DNA from: Paraspadella gotoi
Taxonomy: Eukaryota; Animalia; Chaetognatha
DNA length: 64,000 nt
Assembly (NCBI GenBank): GCA_051294375.1
Contig: JBJCIZ010000239.1
Location: 1,254,983-1,318,982, forward strand
Direction: 5' to 3'
Shown here: positions 54,081-64,000 of the stretch, in pieces
Numbering within the stretch: position 1 is the first letter of the stretch
How the letters are laid out: each line of letters begins with the position of its first letter
Program-made: the position numbers and the translations under genes
Notes under the pieces: generated by a model
Seen by the model: the letters and a program-made list of their open reading frames with translations, nothing else
What the model was told of the DNA's origin: nothing
The model's database searches: none

Positions 54081-54344
54081 TAAAAGTAAACAAGTGGAAA
54101 AAGATAAAAATTGTGGAAACGAGGGGAAAAAAACAAAGAAAATAAAATCGTAAAAGCAATACGATTATAATAAATTAAATAAATTTTTTAAAAAATCGTT
54201 GTAAATAAACAAATAAACTTTGTTTTTCTCTAAATAAATTAAAATTAATTATAATCAACGGAATACAGAATAAAAAGAAAGTAGAAAATTTTAAAGGAAA
54301 GAAACTTGAAGAAACGAAATTCAATCGGGACCCTCGCCACACAG

Positions 54345-54503
54345 ATATTATCGCCTCTGCCGCAAGACGCAACGCAACAAAGGATATTACACGGCCGATC
54401 AGAACTTGAGGAGTCCCCAAGCCGCCGTCAACACCAGACAGAATCCAAAGGGAACTCGGAGCGGGTTGGAATGCCCGGAGGAAAGGGACTATTACCCTTA
54501 CAA
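54345..54503 (+). CDS. DD3-3: DD3-3-like exon ([53 protein letters not shown])
   Basis: [20 protein letters not shown] motif; phase-consistent AG/GT. Confidence 0.87.
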
Positions 54504-54706
54504 GTCAGTGGCAAAATTTAAAAGATTGCTTTGAGTAGCTTTAAAGATGGACGAGTTAATTCTATGACAAATTGAACTACTGACGAGTATGGAAGGTTTT
54601 TTAACTGAAAACAAATCTAGAATAACGATAATATTAACTGCCTCAACTTTTGGGAAAACTAACCAAATCAAACTGAAGTTATCCGGTTCCATTCACCCTT
54701 TCACAG

Positions 54707-54880
54707 ACGATCTTCTCCTTGGGTAGACATTGCCGTTCTGACCAATAAACCGGAGAACTGTCAGTACTATAGAGAACAGGCGGCCTTGCCAAAGGAGGAG
54801 TGCGCCTACAATGGAAGCCTGGCTGAGCTGCATGATGGCGTTCTCCCACAGACGAAGGAAGCCTGCGAAAATTTCGTCAG
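54707..54880 (+). CDS. DD3-3: DD3-3-like exon (RSSPWVDIAVLTNKPENCQYYREQAALPKEEC...EACENFV)
   Basis: SPW.DIA.LT motif; cacAG acceptor and GTTGGT donor; phase 2 on both sides. Confidence 0.85.
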
Positions 54881-55240
54881 GTTGGTAGAGAGGAAAAAAG
54901 TATTTAATTATTATTTGTATTTTCTTCTCTTGTGTAGTTCTATGTACCTAAAAAAAAAGAAAACTTAGAGAAAAGTATTATCAAAATGGTTTCATTCGTT
55001 TTGAAAGATAAGAAGGAGAAAAAAGATTATTTTTCAATTTGACAAAAGTTTAACAAAAGATATTGGGAACGGGAGGAAAGCCTGTGATACACGGTGCGCG
55101 GGGTATCTCACCAACTGGCGTAGAGATACTCAGGGATTGAACCCGGGACTCACGATTGAAAAGAGATGCTGCCACAATATGTTGAATATTTGTTGTTTAA
55201 AACTCTCCCCAATTTAACTAATGTGCCCTTATGAATCCAG

Positions 55241-55438
55241 CCCGTTCGGAGAAAAGGGCAAAGCTTATTGGAAGAAGACGCCTTGCCCGGACGGCGTGCC
55301 TCTGCTCGACTGTCGCCAGGCCGAGTTTTCTCGGGACAATCACAATGGGAACGGTCCTGACGGTTTTCCGATCACTTACAATTGGACTATACCGCAATTT
55401 AACACATTGAAGGACGAAAAATGTGTGTTGAGAATCAG
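55241..55438 (+). CDS. DD3-3: DD3-3-like exon (PFGEKGKAYWKK...FSRDNHNGNG...YNWTIP...CVLRIR)
   Basis: FSR.NH.GN, YNW.IP and CVLRIR motifs; AG/GT in phase. Confidence 0.85.
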
Positions 55439-55777
55439 GTTGGTTAATGAAATGAATTAATGAATGATTTAATAAATTATTNNNNNNNNNNTAATGAAAT
55501 GAATTAAGGAATGATTTAATAAATTATGGAATCAATGAATCAATGAATGAATCCAAAAATAAATAAATGCATTGACGAATAGATGCGGCTATGAAATTAA
55601 TAAATACGTATATGAATGAATGAATGAATGAATGAATGAATGAATGAATGAATGAATGAATGAATGAATGAATGAATTAATAAATGGAGGAATGAATGAA
55701 TCAATGAATGACTACAAGACTGAATAAATAAAAGAACGAATGGATGAATTCAGTAATTCCCTAATTTCTTCATATTT

Positions 55778-55815
<38 letters not shown>

Positions 55816-55919
55816 TTCATTATTATTATTATTATTATTATTATTTATATTTTATTTATTATAATTATTATTATTTATTATTATCATCTTTATTATTTTC
55901 AAAATCTACAAAAAATCAG

Positions 55920-56316
55920 GTACAACATCTCCACCGGAGACTACGACGCCTGGGGCGACGACAGCGCCAGTTACGCGGACAACAACCGTGACGGCGAATC
56001 ATTGGGGGCAGAGTTGACGGAACGCTTGGGCTTGGAGAACCGCGCCGAGGCCGCCCGTCGGGGTTACACCATGAGAAACAACCCGGTGGTCCAGGTCTCC
56101 GCCAAGCTGAAAGCCCTCAGGCTTCAATTGGCCATCAATACGGCTCAATTCGGCCGCACGTTCCAGGATCGGAGCCACGTCTTTAAGATCGCGGAGAGGC
56201 CGAGCGGCGTCGCTGAAGATGACAAGATCTTCAACGTGGCCGTCCGCGGGAAGAGAGGAAATATCGTCGAGGTTTATCCCGCCGTGGAGTACGACTTCGT
56301 GCCCAATTCGCTACAG
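55920..56316 (+). CDS. DD3-3: DD3-3-like exon (YNISTGDY...[19 protein letters not shown]...[21 protein letters not shown])
   Basis: [22 protein letters not shown] and [18 protein letters not shown] motifs. Confidence 0.88.
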
Positions 56317-56685
56317 GTTTAGTAGGGCGAAGTGAAAAAAAAATTGTATAGAATTAAATTGAATAAAAGTTATATAGGATAATTTTTTTTTATAATTTGA
56401 TAAAAGTTTTTTATAATAATTTTTTTAGGTAAGCATTTCGTTTATAGTTTGTTTTTGTATACAAAGTGAATTAAAGTAAAAACTAAAAAAATGAGTCAAA
56501 TCATATATGTTAAATAATAAACCTTATTGTTTGTAAACAAAAACAAACTTTATTTTCTCTTCTAATTTTTAACGCAACAAGCTGAAAATTTTTTTATAAT
56601 ATTTTTTTAAGGATAGTTTTTATTTTTTTTAATATTTATAATTTTTTTTTTAAACGCACAACTTTCTGACTCCGCCCTACTCCAG

Positions 56686-57009
56686 GTGCCCAAAGATTCC
56701 TACATTCACTTCCAATGGACCGGCTCGGACACCAACAACGGAGGCAACGACGGTCAAGGGACTCGAGGCACCGACAGATCCAACGTGGTTATCATGAGGA
56801 ACGAGGGTCTCAACATCCCTTGCACCAACGATTTGAAGAAGAACAACGGCACCACCGGATGTTGGAGCGTCTCCTTCCCTGGGTCTTTGGAGACGGAATT
56901 CTTGGGATTTCCCGCCGACGTGCGGACGAGTCTGGCTCTGGTCGGGACGGACAATCCGGGAGTTTTACTCAACGACGCTCCTGCGACTTATAACGCGGGA
57001 TTGCAGAAG
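56686..57009 (+). CDS. DD3-3: DD3-3-like exon (VPKDSYIHFQWTGSDTNNGGNDGQGTRGTDRSN...LLNDAPATYNAGLQK)
   Basis: H.QWTGS and GQG..GTDR.N motifs; ccAG acceptor and GTAATC donor, phase 0. Confidence 0.87.
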
Positions 57010-57671
57010 GTAATCAAGTTTAAATTTAAGTTAATTGACCGCTCTTAAAGGGTCCCTCGCGTGAGTTTCGTTTATATTAACAAATTTTAAATTTTTTTTA
57101 ATATAAAAATGTATACTTTTAAAAAGAAATTTATGTTTAAGATGCTCATAAAAAGGATGCTCGTACATATTTTTTTTTCTACAACGCCACAAAGTTAAAA
57201 AACACAATCACCTCTTCTTACATATGAATGCGTTAGATTTTTTTTTATGACAGTGACTTAATAAAATAATCACAGACATACAGTACTGATAGTAACATAA
57301 TAACATCAGCGGTAACTTGAATTTACCATAATTAATTTGAGGAAAAGTAAAAAAAACTACTGAAATGATTAAAAAGATAAATTTGAATCTATAAAAAATC
57401 GGTTAAAAACTTTGTAAAAGGTAGTACGAGCTGCAGTGGAATATGCTGAAAAGATACCTTGTTAATGTTTAAACATGAGTGGGATACTTCCGCGAAAGTA
57501 ATAAAAAATGAAATGTTTGTCAAACTGTATATAATACAATATGTAAATCATAACTGATTAAATAAATTTTTAACAAATCTTAGGACTTAAAAGATGACAA
57601 AGATGCGAATATGTAAAATTCATCGCGCCAAATTTATACTTATCAAAACCTCGTTCGTCCCCTTAAAAAAG

Positions 57672-58179
57672 GCCACCCGCCCCGGTGAATACCACTACAT
57701 GTGCACCCGCAACAACAACTTCTCCAACCGACAACAGAAGGGCCGCATAATCGTCATCGACGGTCCCACGGTCGAAGAGGAAGAGGTCGGCATACTCGGC
57801 GGTCAATTCGGCGACGCCGACGTCAACATCACCGTCGATCGAAACGTCTTCGATCGCGTCGTCAAGTTGCGTCTCATCGGTCGACCCGTCTCCCCGATCG
57901 ACGTCGCTCACGTCCACGCCCCCTTGTCCAACTTCTATTCCCTGACGCCGGAAGAGATCAGGATCGATTCGCCGATGAGAATGTCGATTCAATTGGCGGA
58001 CGGGACACTCGACGATGGGAAGATCATCCACGTCATGGCGGCTTACAAGGACGCCGGAGTGTGGGCGTGGACGAAGATCGCTTCCACGTTGAGCGCGGAC
58101 GGCGTGGTTGAGTTTGAAGTTTCGAGAGGCGGAGTCTTTTACGTGGCGGAGGGCGGGAACGCGTTGCCAATTCTAGGCC
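57672..58179 (+). CDS. DD3-3: DD3-3-like exon (ATRPGEYHYMCTRNNNFSNRQQKG... beta-rich domain ...EGGNALPILG); 3' boundary uncertain
   Basis: YMCTRNNNFSNR.QKG motif and an open frame with GC3-rich codons up to about 58179. Confidence 0.78.
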
Positions 58180-58378
58180 GTGCGAGAGAGCCGGAGACTC
58201 GGTGTCTGACGTCGACAAGCTTATCGACAAAGCTCTGCGACTTTGGATTAGAAAGGTTTGTTGATGTGATGAATGAGAGAGAGAGAGCAGAGAGAGAGAG
58301 AATGAGAGAATTTGAGAGAAGAGAGCAGAGAGAGAGAGAGAGAGATTAGAGGAGAGAGGAGAGAGAGAGAGAGAGAGT

Positions 58379-58441
<63 letters not shown>

Positions 58442-58478
58442 GAGAACAACTCGTTACTCCCCACCCTTCACCCACAAG

Positions 58479-58652
58479 GACGACGCTGACGATTGCAAGA
58501 AGCTTGTGGAGAAGCAGAGAGCAGCTGGCAAGCACGCCGCTTACATCCTCGAGCAAATCTTCGAGGAAATGAAGGACGTGTTGAGCGAGAACGGAATCCC
58601 ATCGGTTCCGGTCAAGCGGGATATCCTCGACGAGCTCATGGATCTTTTCTAG
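58479..58652 (+). CDS. Terminal coding exon of uncertain ownership (DDADDCKKLVEKQRAAGKHAAYILEQIFEEMKDVLSENGIPSVPVKRDILDELMDLF*)
   Basis: Pyrimidine-rich tract plus acaAG acceptor, coding-like codon use, TAG stop, AATAAA at 58797. Joins in frame to 58178-58255 (PCERAGDSVSDVDKLIDKALRLWIRK), which is not the DD3-3 frame. Confidence 0.55.
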   Translation, partial: DDADDCKKLVEKQRAAGKHAAYILEQIFEEMKDVLSENGIPSVPVKRDILDELMDLF

Positions 58653-60629
58653 AGGGCGACGTTTGAGGACATCGGGCATTCTGGACGAGCGACTGGAGAT
58701 TGTTTAGTGGACAAATAGTTTTGGTTTTTTTTTTTAAACATTTGACTTTTTGTTATTTTTTGTTAAAAACTTGTTATTTATGTCTGAAACGATTTTAATA
58801 AAATAAAAAAAATAATTTTAAAAAACTTCAAAATAAAATTAAAAACAATGCTTTTTTTTTTTTAATAAAAGCCCAACGGCCAAAGGCAGATTAAGAGTCA
58901 GCCCCGAGCTTTAGCTAATTAGTATTTTAATTCGACTTCTTATTTTATTTTTATTACCCCGTTATTAACATGGGAACGAGTCAAGTCAATGCAGCCAACT
59001 TCCAGACGTACTACAGTCGGGTAGGGAAGGCGAATTCCACTCAAGGCTCAAAAACTCAATAGAAAATTTTTAATTAGTCGAAAGGAAGAAAGCGAAGATG
59101 CAAAAAAAAAAGGTGCTTTTTTTATCTTTTTTCTTCTTTTTTTTTCTAGGCAAGTTTATCGTACGTACAATTTACTTTCTAACATTTCCTTTTATAAAAT
59201 TAGTTACATTTTTAACCTTTAGAAAGACGCCAATGACATTCTAAAAGTTTTCTTGTAGTTCTTGTTCCTGTTGGCTTGTTTGTCTTGTTCTAATAGCTCT
59301 GTTCTCCTTTCTTATTGTTTCGTTTTCTTTCTTGTTGTTCTGTTTTCTCATTGTTCTTCATCTTATTTGTTCATGTTCTTTTGTTCTTGTTCTTGTCTTT
59401 TTCTCGACAGAGATCGACATCTAAAAAATCGGCTGACGACGATGAATTTTTAAAAAATCGTTTCCAAAGCGAGCGGAAAGATAAAAAAAAAAAAGAATCC
59501 ATTAATTCTGATCTTTACGTTCTGAGGCTAAAACCATATTTACATTCAAGACGATCGGAAGAATCTCAGATATACGCTAGGTGGCGAATTCCTAAGTTTG
59601 TTTAAACTAATAATATAGAGCAAAAGTTCGAACATGCTTGAGCTTATAAAAGGGTGTTACTGAACAATTTTTTTTTTAATCTCCGTTTGCGAGGTTAAAA
59701 AAAGAAACCTCTTTAAGTTTTTTTTTTGTTTGTATTTTACGCTTATTTTTAACTTAATATAATTTTTTTTTTAACTCTCTTTTTAATATTTACTTTTTAT
59801 CTGTATTTTTTTTTATTGGTCTTTATTCTTGATTGGTTTGTTGTTTATGTCGTGTTTGGTCGTTATAAAATTGTTACAAACAACATTTAAAGATTATCCA
59901 TCTCACTCATGAATAAGTTAGCTTACCCCTGACTTTGCAGTTTTGCAATATACGCGGTTATTTCCAGTTGTCGAAAGTTTTTTCATTAGTTCTTCTCTCG
60001 ATTCTTTTTTTGTCTTTTCTGTATCTTATTGACTCATTGACCACTAAAGTTGAATAAAAACAAATCATGAACAAGCTTTTACCTATGAACATTTTTAAAT
60101 AAAAAAAAAGTTATTTTTCTTTTTTTATTTATTTTTATATATAGTATTCGCCATAGAAAATTTGAAAATTTGAAAATAGTTTTTTTCTTATCTTTGAAAG
60201 CAGATTCGAAATCCTCACGAAAAGTTGATAAAAGAAATATAACTCTTTTTAGAAAATTATTTCATTAAGTGAGTCAAAATCCTAAAAAACGATACAGTTA
60301 ACCTATAATTTAATTTTAGTATAAAAAATAAATATTTCTTAAAATTTTTAAAAATTTTGACATTTTCTCTGGTAAGTACTACGTACAAATAAATATGGGC
60401 GTATGCGAAAATTGAGAAATTTTTTTTAAAAAATGGTTTTTTACATATATCAATGTACTTTAGTACAACTACAAGACTGTTCAATGAACAACTATTCGAA
60501 TTTTGATCCGCAACATTCACTTCGCCCTATTGACCAGTGACCAATGACCAATGACCAATGACCAATGACCAATGACCACCCTCTAATTTCCCACCCTCCT
60601 TCTCCCTCCCTCCCTCTCCCCCTCTCCAG

Positions 60630-60887
60630 CCTGAAAAAGAAAAAGGGCGGCTCCATGAACACCATCTCCCAACTCCATCGCGAGTCTCTCCTCAAATTGA
60701 TGGGGAATCTCATGTCGACGCATCCCCACTTCGTCCGCTGCCTGATCCCCAACGAGTTCAAGCAGTCGGGCCTGATAGACGCCGGCCTGGTCATGCACCA
60801 ACTGACCTGCAACGGAGTTCTGGAGGGCATCAGGATTTGCAGAAAGGGATTTCCCAATCGGATCTCGTATTTGGATTTTATTCAGAG
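60630..60887 (+). CDS. Mhc: Myosin II heavy chain exon, loop 2 and SH1/SH2 helix ([44 protein letters not shown]...[22 protein letters not shown])
   Basis: [13 protein letters not shown] and [20 protein letters not shown] are myosin II signatures; AG at 60628-29 and GT at 60888. Confidence 0.97.
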
Positions 60888-61361
60888 GTGAAAGGGCGGG
60901 CAGGAGGGTTGATGGGAGCCTAATTAGAACCGGCTTAAATAACTAAATAAAACACTGGCTAATGGCTATTATAATAATATCACGCGATGTGTTTAAAAGA
61001 AAAAGTGGTTAATATAAAGGAATGCGAAATGATGATAAATTAGAATTGATTAGAATATAATCCGATGTTTTATTAAACAAGTTACAAAGGAAAAATGCTG
61101 ACCGTTCCAGGGATCCTACAAAAATTTGAGCCCAACGTTTACTACAATACAGGGGTGAATGGTTAAATAAAGCGGTTTAAGTGAGCAAAACAGAATAATA
61201 GGTATTACTATTACTACAACTTTACTATTATTATTACTATTACTTTCTTTTTAACGTCCGATGCTTGGATAGAATTTTCGTCGTTTTCGACGTTTATAGG
61301 CTTTGGAGTGGCTTAACGTCAATGGCGATAACAGACCAGTCTTAACAGTTTATCTCTTTTT

Positions 61362-61396
<35 letters not shown>

Positions 61397-61594
61397 NNNN
61401 NNNNNNNNNNNNNNNNNNNNNNNNNNNNNNNNNNNNNNNNNNNNNNNNNNNNNNNNNNNNNNNNNNNNNNNNNNNNNNNNNNNNNNNNNNNNNNNNNNNN
61501 NNNNNNNNNNNNNNNNNNNNNNNNNNNNNNNNNNNNNNNNNNNNNNNNNNNNNNNNNNNNNNNNNNNNNNNNNNNNNNNNNNNNNNNNNNNNNN

Positions 61595-61630
<36 letters not shown>

Positions 61631-61794
61631 AGCTTCCGTAAAACAAACAAAGAGGACTAGTGAGCGGCAGAAAACAGACACCAGTAAAAAAAAACAAAAA
61701 AAAACCGTATAATCAAGAAAAGAAATTAGAAAACAGTAAAAGGATGGAAAATAAGAATTTTTAAAAAAAAGGAAATTTAAAAAAAAGAAGGAAA

Positions 61795-62146
61795 ACAAGA
61801 ATGATGATTCCAATGTGTTGCGCTGCAGTGACTTTATTTTCATGTGTACTTCCCTTCGATCACATGATATGACATGACATGACGTGACTAAAAAACTTTT
61901 CAGTCCTTTATGACATGCACTGCATTAAAATTTTGTTTTTTTAGGATTTCCTTAAGGCGGCGCCAGCAGTCCCTTAGATCTTAGATTTTTTTTCTGTCTA
62001 AACAAATGAGCAACCAACAATCCGCAAATTATATGCATTTTTAATGTAAGTGGGACAGACCGACGGACAGACGTACCGACCGACAGACAAGACCGATCGA
62101 AAAGTGACTTATAGAGTTACTCCGCGAATACTCGCGGGGCAACTAA
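61795..62146 (-). mobile_element. Helentron/DINE-1-like element, longest copy
   Basis: Reverse complement of the 21914/23616 family, including the CCGCGAGTA(C/T)TCGCGG palindrome and the microsatellite blocks. Confidence 0.5.
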
Positions 62147-62484
62147 AAAAGGAAAGCAGTAAAAATAGTGAGTGAAAAGAATTGTTTGTTGATTCGTGTT
62201 TTGACTCGACGGAAAAGCGGGCGGCATCTCTCGGCCTCTTATCGAAACGAAGGGGATCCGCCCACTCGGAGATGCCNNNNNNNNNNNNNNNNNNNNNNNN
62301 NNNNNNNNNNNNNNNNNNNNNNNNNNNNNNNNNNNNNNNNNNNNNNNNNNNNNNNNNNNNNNNNNNNNNNNNNNNNNNNNNNNNNNNNNNNNNNNNNNNN
62401 NNNNNNNNNNNNNNNNNNNNNNNNNNNNNNNNNNNNNNNNNNNNNNNNNNNNNNNNNNNNNNNNNNNNNNNNNNNNNNNNNNNN

Positions 62485-62517
<33 letters not shown>

Positions 62518-63098
62518 CTTCTTTGAACGAGGAATTTAGGGAATCGAGAAACTGGAAGAAATCATTCGAAAGGATGAAAGGTAAAAGGACAAACTGATAG
62601 ACCGACAGAGAAAGAAAGATAGAAAGACAGAGACAGACTGAGACAGACGGACTCAATAAAAAATATAAAAAAACCCGGTCGATTGCCTTTTGTTTTTTTC
62701 GCCTCGTTTTCCGCCTCGATCGCTCGAATCGGTTGTTGGCGGAAGATCGAAGGTTAACGCTTTTACTGGGTGGCGTTGCCGTGGCAACGAATTGAGTGTT
62801 TTGAGTGGCGTGTACGAGGTTTTTTGGGGGACATTTTGTGGCGTTGCAAAGCAGCTTCATTTGCGTCAACCGGTGTGGACTGTGGCGTTGAAGTATTGTG
62901 AAGAGCGAGCTGCATAGTATTTATATCCTTATTTTATTTTGGCTAAATTGCTTTAAAAAAAAAATGGGCTCAGAGTGTTGAAAACTTTGACTGACTCCAA
63001 GCCTGACTCCACNNNNNNNNNNNNNNNNNNNNNNNNNNNNNNNNNNNNNNNNNNNNNNNNNNNNNNNNNNNNNNNNNNNNNNNNNNNNNNNNNNNNNN

Positions 63099-63304
63099 AG
63101 CTCCTCATTCTGAGGAGGCGTGACTCCTCGTTCTGAGTGGGCGTGACTTCTCATTCTGAGTAGGCTTAGCTCCTCATTTTGAGGAGGCGTGACTCCTCGT
63201 TCTGAGTGGGCTTAGCTCCTCATTCTGAGTAGGCTTAGCTCCTCATTCTGAGTAGGCTTAGCTCCTCATTCTGAGTAGGCTTAGCTCCTCAATCTGAGTG
63301 GGCG
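63099..63304. repeat. 23-bp tandem minisatellite CTCCTCATTCTGAGTAGGCTTAG (about 9 units)
   Basis: Head-to-tail units without spacers; each unit has a CTCA..TGAG dyad. Confidence 0.85.
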
Positions 63305-64000
63305 CTGCTCGACGCGAAACTTCCTTCTCGTTGGTCGTCAAAACTTACGAGTCGCAAAACAAAACAGAAACAGAAACAGAAAAAAGAAACAACAAAACTC
63401 GTTAGACGAATTTAATTTGGCTTAATTTTAGCTCAACCGAGGCAAAGGTTACGATGAAGTCCTTTGACTNNNNNNNNNNNNNNNNNNNNNNNNNNNNNNN
63501 NNNNNNNNNNNNNNNNNNNNNNNNNNNNNNNNNNNNNNNNNNNNNNNNNNNNNNNNNNNNNNNNNNNNNNNNNNNNNNNNNNNNNNNNNNNNNNNNNNNN
63601 NNNNNNNNNNNNNNNNNNNNNNNNNNNNNNNNNNNNNNNNNNNNNNNNNNNNNNNNNNNNNNNNNNNNNNNNNNNNNNNNNNNNNNNNNNNNNNNNNNNN
63701 NNNNNNNNNNNNNNNNNNNNNNNNNNNNNNNNNNNNNNNNNNNNNNNNNNNNNNNNNNNNNNNNNNNNNNNNNNNNNNNNNNNNNNNNNNNAAGTCACTT
63801 CGCGGTTTACGATTGTCAACGTTTACTTTTTAAAGTTGTCATGTTCAATATAAAGAATTATCACAAATTATACCATTTAAAAAATGAAATCATGAAGAAA
63901 GTTTGGCCAGCGTGGCGTCAACAACGTTCATTGGTGCCTTTTAACATATTTTCGTGTTTAACTCTCTGTTTTTCTCCCTGTCTTTGCCTGTCTCTCTCTC

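Noticed and set aside
55060-55180. tRNA-like B-box on the minus strand (CCGGGTTCAATCCC; similar at about 4825-4845)
   Set aside because: Only a T-arm-like fragment, insufficient to call a tRNA or define an element.
63099-63304. CRISPR-like array (dyad-containing 23-bp repeats)
   Set aside because: Units are contiguous with no unique spacers, there are no cas genes, and the context is a eukaryotic intron.

Overview
Eukaryotic (animal-like), AT-rich, microsatellite-rich draft scaffold with N gaps and long-read-type indel noise. The backbone is a + strand class II (striated-type) myosin heavy chain gene. Eleven motor-domain exons are visible between 593 and 60887, and the gene starts and ends outside the window. 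Its introns carry: (1) a same-strand, multi-exon DD3-3-like secreted/membrane protein gene (53095 to about 58650) nested in the 16-kb loop-2 intron; (2) a probable antisense multi-exon gene of unknown function (about 10100-15150); (3) a full-length Ty3/Gypsy LTR retrotransposon with a CHCC gag knuckle (32176-39014, TSD ACCTT) plus a second truncated copy; (4) tiny Penelope-type elements of about 120-220 bp carrying minimal hammerhead ribozyme motifs, two of them with inverted ends and 13-15 bp target-site duplications; (5) a tRNA-headed SINE-like family, a Helentron/DINE-like family, an unclassified repeat of about 330 bp, and many mini/microsatellites. Several kb-scale near-identical duplications sit next to gaps of exactly 25 N and are probably gap-filling artefacts. 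All calls come from manual reading; no database search was run.
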